Part shown: in pieces, positions 48,548-58,426 of the stretch
Position numbering within the stretch: the stretch's first letter is position 1
How the letters are laid out: each line of letters opens with the position of its first letter
Assembly: GCA_032128875.1 (NCBI GenBank)
Contig: JAVLKG010000005.1
Coordinates: 128,001 to 192,000 of the forward strand
DNA from: Candidatus Melainabacteria bacterium 17Bon1m
GTDB lineage: Bacteria > Cyanobacteriota > Vampirovibrionia > Obscuribacterales > Obscuribacteraceae
Length of the DNA: 64,000 nucleotides
Direction of reading: 5' to 3'
The notes under the pieces: model-generated
The model's database searches: none
Seen by the model: the letters and a program-made list of their open reading frames with translations, nothing else
Told to the model about the DNA's origin: nothing
Made by a program: the position numbers and the translations under genes

Positions 48548-50014
48548 ATGGATCTCTCCTTCTTAAAACAAACTGAAAGACGCAGCGGCGGGTCACGCTG
48601 GCTCAGTTCTGCGATTTCAGGAGCTATCGAGGAAGGAAGGCTTGTTGTGGGTGATCGCATGCCGTCTTCGCGTGACCTGGCACTTTTTCTTGGTATCGCC
48701 CGTGCTACCGTTGTATCGGCATATGATGAATTGATTGCCAGCGGTTATTTGTCAGCGGAGCGCGGCTCGGGGACGTTTGTCGCCGGTGGCAAAGCTAATA
48801 CTTTCAAGCAACATCCGGCATCTGTTTATAGCACAGATAAATTTGATTGGACTCTGATCGGAAGTGATAATGCCGAGCGGCTGCGCGCGCTGCCATCTCA
48901 ATTGGAAGTTTTGGGAGATTGGGATCCTCTTAATCACGGTGCATCGCCACCCGACCTTTTGCCTGTCAGGCAGTGGCGCAAAGTGATCATCAACCAATTT
49001 ATGGAAGAGTCTAATGCGATGCCGCACCATTTCATAGACATGCTGGGATATCTTCCTTTGCGGCAGGCAATCTCGGATTTTCTCAGGCGCACGCAGGGGA
49101 TTGTCTGCGATCCGGAGCAGATCGTGATTTTTTCAAGCAATCAAAGCGCGCTCAATCACTTGTTTTCGATGCTTGTCACACCCGGCGATCTTGCTGTGTG
49201 CGAAGAACCTTGTTATGCCGGCGTGAGAGAGCAGTTTAAGCTCAAAGGTGCGCATGTCGAGACTGTTCGCGTCGATGAAAACGGAATAGACCCCAACCTT
49301 TTACCCAAAGGAAAACAACCACGCTTTCTTTATTTGACCCCTGCCCATCAGGATCCGACCGGTGCGACTCTTTCTGCATCGCGTCGAGAACAGGTGCTCA
49401 GATGGGCTTACGAAAACAATTGCTGCATTATCGAAGACGCCTGGGACACTGACTTTCATTATTCTGGATCTCCTGCACCGACACTTTTCTCATTGGATAA
49501 AAGAGAGTGCGTGATCTACCTGTACACTTTTTGGAAAACCCTGTTTCCACTCGTTGCCACCGGCTTTCTCGTATTGCCTAAAGGGCTTGTGCCGCTGTTT
49601 AGAACAGCTAAGTACATGTTCGACATCCCGATACCGCTTATTGAACATATGGCGCTTGCAGAGCTGATTTCAGAAGGTGAGCTGGAGAGGCATATTCGTA
49701 AAGTCTGGAAGGTTTTGCGGCGCCGACGTCAGTCTTTTATTCACGAGATGACGCTTCGCTTCGGCGGTTCCGTCATTTTCCTTGCCGGTGGCGCGGGGCT
49801 GCATTTGGTGGCACGCTTTTCAGAGAAGTGGACGCCGGAAGTGATTGCATCTTCCGCAAGTGATGCTGGCATCCCGCTCACACCAACTACGGAGTGCTAT
49901 AACGGCGAGCCTGTAATCAACGAGTACATGGTTTACTTCGCCGGCATTCCTGAAGAGGAGACGGTTCAACGCGTTGAAAAATTCTCGCGGAATCTGACAG
50001 CGGTTATTTCATAG
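48548..50014 (+). CDS. MocR/GabR-family PLP-dependent GntR regulator
   Basis: MPSSRDLA..LGIARATV..AYDEL..GY...GSGTFV; TPAHQDPTG; IIED. Confidence 0.9.
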   Translation: MDLSFLKQTERRSGGSRWLSSAISGAIEEGRLVVGDRMPSSRDLALFLGIARATVVSAYDELIASGYLSAERGSGTFVAGGKANTFKQHPASVYSTDKFDWTLIGSDNAERLRALPSQLEVLGDWDPLNHGASPPDLLPVRQWRKVIINQFMEESNAMPHHFIDMLGYLPLRQAISDFLRRTQGIVCDPEQIVIFSSNQSALNHLFSMLVTPGDLAVCEEPCYAGVREQFKLKGAHVETVRVDENGIDPNLLPKGKQPRFLYLTPAHQDPTGATLSASRREQVLRWAYENNCCIIEDAWDTDFHYSGSPAPTLFSLDKRECVIYLYTFWKTLFPLVATGFLVLPKGLVPLFRTAKYMFDIPIPLIEHMALAELISEGELERHIRKVWKVLRRRRQSFIHEMTLRFGGSVIFLAGGAGLHLVARFSEKWTPEVIASSASDAGIPLTPTTECYNGEPVINEYMVYFAGIPEEETVQRVEKFSRNLTAVIS

Positions 50015-50016
50015 CA

Positions 50017-50766
50017 TCATTTTTCGTCTAAGAAGTCAGCGAAGTCTCTGGATTCAACGCCTTTGTTGAGAACTTCAGCTTGCGTGCGCACTCGCCTAAA
50101 CCCTTTGGGAGCGGCGAACTCGCTGCCGTCCGATTGTCTTTTTTCGAATCCGTACAAACTAATTTCTTTGAGTGTTTCCCCGTCAAATCTGGAAAACTCC
50201 ATGGCAAGTGGAATTCCTGGTCCTTGAGGTACGGCGAGTAAATTTGCCACCATCTGATAAGCCTGACGCGGAAAACCGGGACGCGGATAAAGCCAGATGC
50301 GTCCGTCTTTCGGCAGCAGTCGCTTCCATGTTTTATCAGTGCCTCGACTGGCTTCTCGGGTTTCCATCTCATGAACTTCGCATGGGAAGCCTTTGAGCGC
50401 GGTGTTCTTCTTTGTGGTTAATCGCAAACTCGTGGGTGAACTCGGTCTGAACATCGCGGAAAACACAGCCGGCCCCACTTTCCATTCTTCTGTCTTGCAC
50501 TGGTAGTAGCGTTTGGTCTGCATGTTGGCGTAAATAACTTCCCAGTTTGGAGCGCCCATAATGAGCGCTATGCTTGATTTGCGGAAGAACATATTGACGC
50601 CGCTTTTGCCGACGAGAATATCTACGTCTCCCATCATTTCCGAGTGCTCTTTGAGAAACACCGCCGGCTCGAGTTGTTTTGCATCGGCTGGAAGAGTGCA
50701 AAACAAAAGCGTGCTGAATAGAAGGCTGGCCGCCTGCTGTTTTCCCTTGATAATTCCGTGTTTCAA
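50017..50766 (-). CDS. Exported hypothetical protein (DUF4412-like)
   Basis: Signal peptide; G.PC, GIPL and F..PKGF patterns. Confidence 0.6.
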   Translation of the reverse strand: MKHGIIKGKQQAASLLFSTLLFCTLPADAKQLEPAVFLKEHSEMMGDVDILVGKSGVNMFFRKSSIALIMGAPNWEVIYANMQTKRYYQCKTEEWKVGPAVFSAMFRPSSPTSLRLTTKKNTALKGFPCEVHEMETREASRGTDKTWKRLLPKDGRIWLYPRPGFPRQAYQMVANLLAVPQGPGIPLAMEFSRFDGETLKEISLYGFEKRQSDGSEFAAPKGFRRVRTQAEVLNKGVESRDFADFLDEK

Positions 50767-51025
50767 AACGACATCCAGGCGTTCTAGCCAAAAGAGGTTT
50801 CACTCTAATGAAAATTAAAACCGATTGGCAATTTCGTTGTCCTAACCAATTTGTATTTCAAATACTGATGGATGTCGTCACCTGAACGCAGTAGAAAACT
50901 AAAGCTTATAGTAAAGACTCGGATTAAAAGAAGAGAAGAGCTGGTCATGCGGGTTTTTGCCGCTTGGGTCCAGTCTCCTCTTCATAAGTCGCTGATGATT
51001 GCTCACTTAAGCGACTTTGTGGCCA

Positions 51026-51211
51026 TCAGTGCGTGGCGAAAACGACCAGCACGACTGCCAAAATCACGAGTGCGAAGCCTGCACCGCCCTGGTCGAGAGC
51101 GTTGGTCTCATCGCCGGCAGCGCGGTAGCTGCTGGAACGGCGGAATGCAAACACCGCTGCGATGACGGAAATGACGGCGAAGACTGCGTAAACGATTGCT
51201 TCCACGCTCAT
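51026..51211 (-). CDS. Small 2-TM protein
   Basis: RBS AAGGGAG; last gene of the PspA-like operon. Confidence 0.6.
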   Translation of the reverse strand: MSVEAIVYAVFAVISVIAAVFAFRRSSSYRAAGDETNALDQGGAGFALVILAVVLVVFATH

Positions 51212-51394
51212 GGTTGTCTCCCTTGTTGTGCGTGGATTTAAAGGACAAAAGGCGTCCGAAGCCAGCTCAACTCAAATCGTTCGAGTTGAAACTGACTCCG
51301 GAGCCTTTGCCCTCAGGTGAGAAGTGGAGGCACCAACGCCTTGCGGCTAATTGATGCCCCACACCTTACTGAGACCGGAAGCTTGGCCGAAGCC

Positions 51395-52156
51395 TTACTT
51401 CGCGCCGGTGCGGCCCTTGATGATGGAGCCGAGACCCTGGGCGCGCTTGGCGGCTTCGAAGTCGCGCTGAGCCTGCGGGCCCTGAGCGTCCTCGAGCTGA
51501 GCCTTCGCCTGCTCGAACTCCTCGTTCACCTTGTCGCCCTCGCGAGCGATCTTGGCGCCGGTGGAGTTCATGCCCTTGAAGCTGTCGACCACGTCGGCGG
51601 CGCCGCGCAGAGCGCTGGTCGCCTTGGCCTTCGCCTCGTGCGACTTGACGGTGAGCTGCAGCTCCTTGAGCTTGGCCTGGGCGTCGGTGACGGCCTGCTT
51701 GGTGACGGCGACGGTCTGCTCGATGGAAGCGACGGTCTGCGCCTGGATGTCACGCTCGCTGGTGGCCGACTGGACGTTGGAGGCCTGCTGTTGCACCATG
51801 GCGTCGGCTTCGAGCTCGGCGTCCGTGATGTTGGGGTTCTTGCCCTTCGCCATGCTGATGGCGAGGTCGAGGTCGCCGTTGGCGGCTTCGAGGGCCTTCT
51901 CCTTGTCGGCGAGCTTGTTGCGCTCGTTGTTCAGGGTGCCACGCAGGTCGGACGCCTTGCGCGACGCGCTGGCGACGATGCCTTCCTGCTCGGCGATCAG
52001 GGCGAGCTCACGCTCGATCGGCGTGGTGAGCTTGTTGTTGCCCTTGCCCAGGAGGATGAGAACGTTGCGGCGGAACGACGGGGACACGACGCAACCGATG
52101 AGAGTGCCGACGACAGCGGCGCCAAGCACGTAAGCGATAAGAGCCCAAATGGTCAT
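51395..52156 (-). CDS. PspA/IM30-like coiled-coil protein with an N-terminal TM helix
   Basis: TP then long heptads, KAKAT..L and KVNEEFEQAKA pattern; start at MTIWAL after AGGAG. Confidence 0.65.
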   Translation of the reverse strand: MTIWALIAYVLGAAVVGTLIGCVVSPSFRRNVLILLGKGNNKLTTPIERELALIAEQEGIVASASRKASDLRGTLNNERNKLADKEKALEAANGDLDLAISMAKGKNPNITDAELEADAMVQQQASNVQSATSERDIQAQTVASIEQTVAVTKQAVTDAQAKLKELQLTVKSHEAKAKATSALRGAADVVDSFKGMNSTGAKIAREGDKVNEEFEQAKAQLEDAQGPQAQRDFEAAKRAQGLGSIIKGRTGAK

Positions 52157-52384
52157 GGTGAATTCTCCTGTTTGAGTCGCATTGCGACTCGGTTGTTGCC
52201 CGTATGGGCACACTGACACGTTCGGAAAGACGCCCCAGCCGGTCGACTGCAACATGCAATCTGTTTTACCGGTCGGGGCGCTGCCTACCTAAAGGCATCA
52301 GATGCGGTTCGTCGCCGCATCCAAGAAATCCTGGCGTCACTCGACGCCAGGACTGAGACATCGCGAGCCGCTAGCGGCCGTCGA

Positions 52385-55300
52385 TCAATCGAAGCCGTTG
52401 TTGCTCGTCGTGGTCGACGAGCTGTTGTCGAAGCTCGAGCTGATGGTCGTGCTGGAGCTCTCCTGAGCCCGAGCAGCAGCAGCATCGGCGTCACGCTGAC
52501 GTTGCTCGGCCTGGCGTTGCCGCTCGGCTGCCTCGTCATCGAGCTGCTTCTGGTAGGCGACCGCCACAGCGATTGCAGTGGCGACTTCCTGCGCAGCCGT
52601 CTCTTCAGCCTTCTCAGCCGAACGATAGGCTTCGCCCGCCTTGGACTTGGCGCTCTCGTAGTCCTTGTTGTTGAACAGGGACTCGGCGGAGGTCAGCAGA
52701 GCAGCGGCGTTGGTGGTGTTGGCGCGGACGCTTTCACCGAACGTCTTGCTCGAGCCGCCGATGGTCTTCGACTTCCGGAAGGACGTGCCCCGGACGCCGT
52801 CGATCTTCTGCTGAGCCTGCTCGATGGCAGCTTCCGCTTCCGTGCCGGCCTTCTTGTCGGCAGCCGACAGTTCGCGGGCCTTCTTGCAGAGGTCCTTGCC
52901 CGCCTCGGTACGCTGAGCGATGGCGTTCCAGTCGGCCTTCGCAACGGCAACATCGCGACGCACATTGGCGAGCGCGGTGCGGCCTTCGCTGAGCTTGGAC
53001 GTGGTAGCCTGCCGCACGTACTCGTGCATGCACTCGCTGGCAGCCGTGTTGACCGCGGTTTCGAGTTCGCCGATGGCCTTGACCGCGTTGTCGTACGCAC
53101 GCTTCTCTTCGTCGATCTTGGAGTCGACGCCCTTCAGCGTGGTGAGCAACTCGTCGGCAGCCTTGGCGGCAGCCGGCCAGTCGGTGATGGGCAGAGCGAC
53201 GTCGGTCTGCTGACGCGTCAGCACAGGCTGAGCGCTGGCAAACGTGCCGTCGGTCTTCTGGGACGTGGTGAACGCGTGATCCTTGAGCTTGCGCACGAGC
53301 GCAGTCGCGAGATCGTTGGCGGCCTCCACGGTGGACTTGGCGTGGTCGCGCAGACGCTTCAGCTCGGCGAGCTTGGCGTGCACTTCCGTGATCGCGTCAC
53401 GCGAGTGCTGGATGTCGCCGCCGATGCCTTCGAGCAGAGCCCGACCGGCGAGGTAGCGCTGTTCCAGGAACGCAGTCTTGATCTTCGCCAGCTCGCCGTC
53501 CGTCTTGTCGCGGACCGCCTTGGCGGTGGTGAGCTTGGCCGGCTGACCTTCGAAGTTCTTCTTCAAGAACCCGGCGTTCAGCTCGTCGATGGCAGCATCG
53601 CCGCCCTCGATTTCGGACTTCAGCTTGCCGACCGCGGTGCGGATGCCCGGAACACCCTTCTGGATGAAGGCCGCCGCCGCCACGATGGCATCGACCAGGG
53701 TCGAGGCTTCGTTCGCCTTGCTCTCGGAATTCGACTTCGCCTTGTTGGCGTCATCGAGCTTTCCTTCGAGGACGAGCTTCAGCGCCGACGCGAGGAAATC
53801 GCGCGCGTCGCCGACCTGCTTGTCCGGATTGCCGTCCGCTTCCTGGAGCAGAAGGTTGACCGGCAGTCCGTCCGGAGCCTTGAAGCTGGCTTCCGGATAG
53901 GTGTAGTCGGCAGCCTTGGCGCGGGTGTCCGCCACCTTCTTGGCCGCCTTCTCGATCTGGCTCGCGGTGGTCGCCAGCGACTGCTTCAGAGCGATCGCCC
54001 GGTTGAGCGCCGCCTTCACAGCCGTGACGCCGTCTTCGACAGCCTGCGAGTTGTCGCTGGCTTCGAGCGGGTCGCTGTCCATGATCTCGAGGAACGCGGC
54101 CCGAGCCTTTTGCAGCTCAGCCATGCCCGCCTCGTACGGGGCGAACACCAGCTCGTTCTCGGCGAGCTTCGGCTTGAGCGCCTCGACTTCACCCATCAGC
54201 CGCTCGATGTCGGCCTTGTTCTCGCGGACCTTCTCGAAGGACTTCTTGAGGTTGGCGAGCAGCGTCTGGAGCTCAGTGTTGACCGTCTCCATCTCGGCCA
54301 TCAGGTCGGAGATCTTGTCGTAGGTCTTGGTGACCACGGCACTGCCGAACAGCGACTTCTGCTCAGTGGAGAGCAGGGCGCCCTGGACGGTGATCTTGTC
54401 CTCCGTGTAGGCCTTGATGACAGCGTTGTAGCCGCCCCAGCCGAACGGATTCTTCTGACCGGCGAAGTCTGCTTCTGCCTTGTCCAGACGCGCCGACAAG
54501 GTGAGCTTGCCGTCGGTGATCTGGGAGTACAGCGTCATCGCCTGCCGAACCGAAGCCAGCGAGCGATTCTTCAGCCGACCTTCCCAGCCCATGGTCTGGT
54601 CCAGGAAGCGCAGCCCCTTGTCCTGCAGGTCAGTGTAGTTCTGACCCAGCGTGTTGGCGTCGGTGCGAGCCTTCGTCAGCAGCGCCTCGGCGGTTGCACG
54701 CCGGCGACGAGAGACGACGAAGAGCGAGACCAGCACGATGATGAGCAGAGTCGGAGGACCGCCGTAGGTGAGCGCCGCCATGATGGTCGCGTTGCGCGCC
54801 GCAGCCTCTTGGGCAGCGATGCGGTCGGCTTCCGCCTGTTGACGTTGACGCTCTTGTTCGGCGATGCGGTCGCGCTCGGCACGTTGTGCGGCGGCAGCAT
54901 CGGCGGCGATCTTTTGATCGATGCTGGCGATGATGCTGTTGGCGATGTTGCGCATGTAGCCACGCACGTCACCGTTGCCGAGCAGGTGCTTGTTGCTGTC
55001 CATGTAGCTCTGCAGCGCAGCGTTGGAAACGCCGAGCGACAGTGCGCGTGGACCGAGGTTGCCGCTGCGTGCCGTCTTGGAGAAGTTGGTGCCGGGAAGA
55101 CCGTACACCGTGACGAGCACGTAGTTGTCCGAGTTGAAGCCGTTGGAGGCCTGGAATCGACGCAGCACGTTGTCGGTCATCTGGCGACCGAAGACGGTGT
55201 TGTCGATGTTCTCAGTGCCACGCTCGGCAATGACGAAGATGAACCGCAGGTTGTGCTTGTTGCCAGCCTGCTGCAGAGTCTGTTCCAGTCCGCTCACACC

Positions 55301-55447
55301 CACTTGCAATTGCGGGTCGACGTAGACGTTCTGGCTCGCATTGGGTTGCGGCTGCCAGGTGTCTGCGGCTTGAGCAGGAAGGCTGAAACTCAGCGCTGCC
55401 ACCAGGAGCACTGGTAGCATCAGAATTTTGCCAAACAGTTTGTGCAT
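52385..55447 (-). CDS. 1020-aa protein: signal peptide, TPM-like domain, TM, long cytoplasmic helical repeats, Ser-rich tail
   Basis: AQA signal cleavage; alpha/beta domain; LLIIVLVSLFVVSRRRR stop-transfer; about 750 aa Ala-rich helical region. Confidence 0.7.
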   Translation of the reverse strand: MHKLFGKILMLPVLLVAALSFSLPAQAADTWQPQPNASQNVYVDPQLQVGVSGLEQTLQQAGNKHNLRFIFVIAERGTENIDNTVFGRQMTDNVLRRFQASNGFNSDNYVLVTVYGLPGTNFSKTARSGNLGPRALSLGVSNAALQSYMDSNKHLLGNGDVRGYMRNIANSIIASIDQKIAADAAAAQRAERDRIAEQERQRQQAEADRIAAQEAAARNATIMAALTYGGPPTLLIIVLVSLFVVSRRRRATAEALLTKARTDANTLGQNYTDLQDKGLRFLDQTMGWEGRLKNRSLASVRQAMTLYSQITDGKLTLSARLDKAEADFAGQKNPFGWGGYNAVIKAYTEDKITVQGALLSTEQKSLFGSAVVTKTYDKISDLMAEMETVNTELQTLLANLKKSFEKVRENKADIERLMGEVEALKPKLAENELVFAPYEAGMAELQKARAAFLEIMDSDPLEASDNSQAVEDGVTAVKAALNRAIALKQSLATTASQIEKAAKKVADTRAKAADYTYPEASFKAPDGLPVNLLLQEADGNPDKQVGDARDFLASALKLVLEGKLDDANKAKSNSESKANEASTLVDAIVAAAAFIQKGVPGIRTAVGKLKSEIEGGDAAIDELNAGFLKKNFEGQPAKLTTAKAVRDKTDGELAKIKTAFLEQRYLAGRALLEGIGGDIQHSRDAITEVHAKLAELKRLRDHAKSTVEAANDLATALVRKLKDHAFTTSQKTDGTFASAQPVLTRQQTDVALPITDWPAAAKAADELLTTLKGVDSKIDEEKRAYDNAVKAIGELETAVNTAASECMHEYVRQATTSKLSEGRTALANVRRDVAVAKADWNAIAQRTEAGKDLCKKARELSAADKKAGTEAEAAIEQAQQKIDGVRGTSFRKSKTIGGSSKTFGESVRANTTNAAALLTSAESLFNNKDYESAKSKAGEAYRSAEKAEETAAQEVATAIAVAVAYQKQLDDEAAERQRQAEQRQRDADAAAARAQESSSTTISSSFDNSSSTTTSNNGFD

Positions 55448-56110
55448 AGTTTCTCAGTCTCCAGTCTGTTGGATGGAGTTGACTCGCCCGAGCAGATGCG
55501 AAAGGCTTCTTTGCCTGTCGTGTGCGCGCGGGTTGGAGGATTAGGAGAGTTTGCGTAGATGAATGCAGTTTGCGAAGAACTCGCCAACCACACCACCTAG
55601 CTCGCGCCTCCTCGGGGTGACTTTTTGCCCGTCCGCTCGGAATGCGAACGAGTGAAAACCGCTCAGCGGCTCTCACTCGTAGGCATTAGGTTTTGTCGGA
55701 ATTTAGCGGGTTGGTGCTGGTGTTCTCGGGAATTGGAAGGGCAAACGAAGTATGCCTGCACGCTACCAGAGGGGGCTGCTATTAAAGAAATCCGTGCGCA
55801 TGTGTTTAGAGCTATATGTCACGCCCACGCGTCGTCTCATTAGAGAAAACTCCTAATCCTCATATCGCCGCCGACTCGCCCCTTTGCAACCTTTGCGCTG
55901 TGAATTTTGGGGTGCCTGACCGCTGTTTTCCCTGCCTATTGTTGAGGACCTCTAATCTGAGCCTGTGTAGTGTTGCTAGCATAGGAGCGCGTTACACTTG
56001 TTACTTGGCAGCGGCGTGATTTCACCGCTCTTATCTGTCCGCGGCAAAACTCATATTACGTGCCTGGTTATTTGGTGGCTCTAAGACTTCTATCTAGTAC
56101 TTCGCGTACC

Positions 56111-56126
56111 TCGCGCGCGCGCGCGA
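56111..56126. repeat. (CG)7 alternating tract
   Basis: TCGCGCGCGCGCGCGA. Confidence 0.8.
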
Positions 56127-56333
56127 AACCTATCGATTACTTCGAGTTAAGCGCTAGGAGTCGGAAAGATAATAACTCCGCACGCGTGGCAGTGCTGTGT
56201 CTTCGTGACCTACGCGGTAGTCCTGCCCGCCTGTGTGTGCGCATGCGTGCCCCCGTGAATGAGTATATACAGGCGCGCATCGCGTAAGCTGACGCAAGGC
56301 CGATGCTAGGCGCAAACCTGAGTTACTTAACTT

Positions 56334-58403
56334 CTAACCGCTTTGGCGCACTTTCCATTTTTGCCAGCGCATCAATTCGGCGACGGATGCAGAGAAAGCA
56401 AAACATCCACGAGGTGTGTGTGGTTTGTCGCCATCGATAATTTCGTTGACGCTACCTAAGGCTCCTTCGTTCTCTAGATTTTGAAACATAGGTTGCAGCA
56501 AAGAGTCGACCTTCGCGAGCGTGGCCATGGTATTGCCGTACACATTCACGTAAGCCTCGAGATAAAAGCCGAGCAGATAAGGCCAAGCTGTGCCCTGGTA
56601 ATAGCTCAAATCTCGGTGATACTGATCGGCATGTGCTAGCCCGCAGCCGTAGCGTCCTTGGTAGCTCTCGTCAGCTTGCGCTAGCGTTCGTACTCCTGTT
56701 GGTGTCAGAAGAAACGCGTCGATAGCCGTTAAGATCGACCTCTCTTGCTCTTTTTCTAGAGCCCTGAAAGGCATAGCCACTGCGAAAAGTTGATTTGGTC
56801 TAAGCGTATCATCGTTATTTTTGTCGCCTTTGCCACGTCCGTCGATTACATCGTAAAGATAGGCTGCATCAGGGTTCCAAAATCTCTGCATAGACTTATG
56901 AGCCTGGTCGCGCAAGCGTTCCATCTGCGTGAAAATCGTGCTCGTCATCCCTTCTTGCTGAGCGAAGTTGACGCAAACAGAAAGGAAGTTTAGCCAGAGC
57001 GCCTGAATCTCGACCGGCTTACCGGCTCGTTCGGTGATGGGGAAATCGGCTACCTTGCTGTCCATCCAGGTCAGTGCCTGGTCTCGGCGGTGGCAGAGCA
57101 GAAGACCATCCTTAGGGTCGACTCTGATACCGTCATTGGTGCCGCGAATGAAATGGTTGGCGGCTTCCTCTAGAAGCGGCAACTGGCTCTTCAAAATCTC
57201 TCTATCTTTAGAAGCCGTAACGTAATGATGAAGTGCCCATGCCCACCAAAGCGTCACATCCACTGCTGAGTATTCCGGCTCGCCCGAACTTTCAAGATAG
57301 CGCAGCGGCAATAGACCGTCCTTCATACGAGCCGGCTGGTTCAGCAAAATCTTTTTTGCCTCATCGTATCGATGCGTTGAGAGAGTCAAGCCAGGCAGCG
57401 ATATCAGTGTCCAGCGACCGAAGTCGGCGAACCAGGGATAGCCAGCCATTACGGTTAGCCTGTCTTCGCCTTTGTCCTTGACGATAAACTGGTCGCACGC
57501 CACTGAAAGCAGGCTATTCTGCACATTTTTCGGCAGCGCCGAGCGTTCCAATAACCCGCGCTGGCGTTTCAAATTCACTGCCACAGGCTCATTGATATCA
57601 CCTATCTCAGCGGGGCGGTCTAAAGACGCCGCTATCATCAACGGTTTGTCGGCACTAAGCTCGGCTGTCAGAGTGCCTACCAATAGCAGGTCTTCTGAAT
57701 CTTTCTCCCCTCTTGCTGTTTCCTCATGCCAAGCAAAGTCCCACCACCACTGGCGCTGCGGCTCATAGTCGCCGTGCGTCCAGGAAAGGCACAGGCGCCG
57801 GTCGGCTTCGTTGATGCGCACGACAGAGCCTTTGGGAGAAACGAATTGAGGATAGTGAAATTCCGAAGAGCCATGTACTTGGCTGTGAAATGAGCGAAAC
57901 GCTGCCAGCACGCGGATCTTGATTTGTACTTTGGGGCGGTCCGAGGGATGGCCGGGCACGAAATAATAGCTGGCGTAAAGCTCGTTGGTGCCCCATTTGA
58001 GTGTCAGCTGTTTCACTAAATAATGGTTGCCGATGGCGTAGACCCATGTCGGCGTCGGCAAAGTGGTAAAGGACTCCACCAGCTTGTAACCGCTCGGCGA
58101 TACCACCCCTGATGCCCACTCGTTGGTGGTCAGCTCGAATTCCTGCCCGTCCACCGTGACTATTTCATCAAGCTTACTCAGGATCACGTGCCTGTCGCGC
58201 GGGGGATTCAAAGCCGAAACAAGCAGCCCGTGATAGCGTCTGCGATTGGCGCCCGAAATCGTGCTGGAAGAATATCCGCCCAAGCCGTTGACCACGAGCC
58301 ACTCTCTGTTGTCGACCGAGCCCGTGGCAGGGTACCAGACCGGCACTTCGTAAGTGAGGTCGGGATGTTTTTGTTTGAGCCAGCTGATCAAACCAAAGGT
58401 CAT
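56334..58403 (-). CDS. Glycogen debranching enzyme (amylo-alpha-1,6-glucosidase, GDE_N + GDE_C)
   Basis: REWLVVNGLGGYSS, RRYHGLL, AGYPWF.D.GR, LTWMD and RPNQL motifs. Confidence 0.9.
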   Translation of the reverse strand: MTFGLISWLKQKHPDLTYEVPVWYPATGSVDNREWLVVNGLGGYSSSTISGANRRRYHGLLVSALNPPRDRHVILSKLDEIVTVDGQEFELTTNEWASGVVSPSGYKLVESFTTLPTPTWVYAIGNHYLVKQLTLKWGTNELYASYYFVPGHPSDRPKVQIKIRVLAAFRSFHSQVHGSSEFHYPQFVSPKGSVVRINEADRRLCLSWTHGDYEPQRQWWWDFAWHEETARGEKDSEDLLLVGTLTAELSADKPLMIAASLDRPAEIGDINEPVAVNLKRQRGLLERSALPKNVQNSLLSVACDQFIVKDKGEDRLTVMAGYPWFADFGRWTLISLPGLTLSTHRYDEAKKILLNQPARMKDGLLPLRYLESSGEPEYSAVDVTLWWAWALHHYVTASKDREILKSQLPLLEEAANHFIRGTNDGIRVDPKDGLLLCHRRDQALTWMDSKVADFPITERAGKPVEIQALWLNFLSVCVNFAQQEGMTSTIFTQMERLRDQAHKSMQRFWNPDAAYLYDVIDGRGKGDKNNDDTLRPNQLFAVAMPFRALEKEQERSILTAIDAFLLTPTGVRTLAQADESYQGRYGCGLAHADQYHRDLSYYQGTAWPYLLGFYLEAYVNVYGNTMATLAKVDSLLQPMFQNLENEGALGSVNEIIDGDKPHTPRGCFAFSASVAELMRWQKWKVRQSG

Positions 58404-58426
58404 TACTTCGATCCTATCTTCTTGCC

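Noticed and set aside
50824-50850. ATTGG-N17-CCAAT as a MocR operator
   Set aside because: Too short to support without comparative data.
52502-55417. 971-aa plus-strand ORF (and similar antisense ORFs at 332-1009, 1998-2702, 11439-12629 and 51317-52216)
   Set aside because: Exact antisense shadows of strongly codon-biased genes; V/G/D/L/R-rich translations, no RBS or domain.
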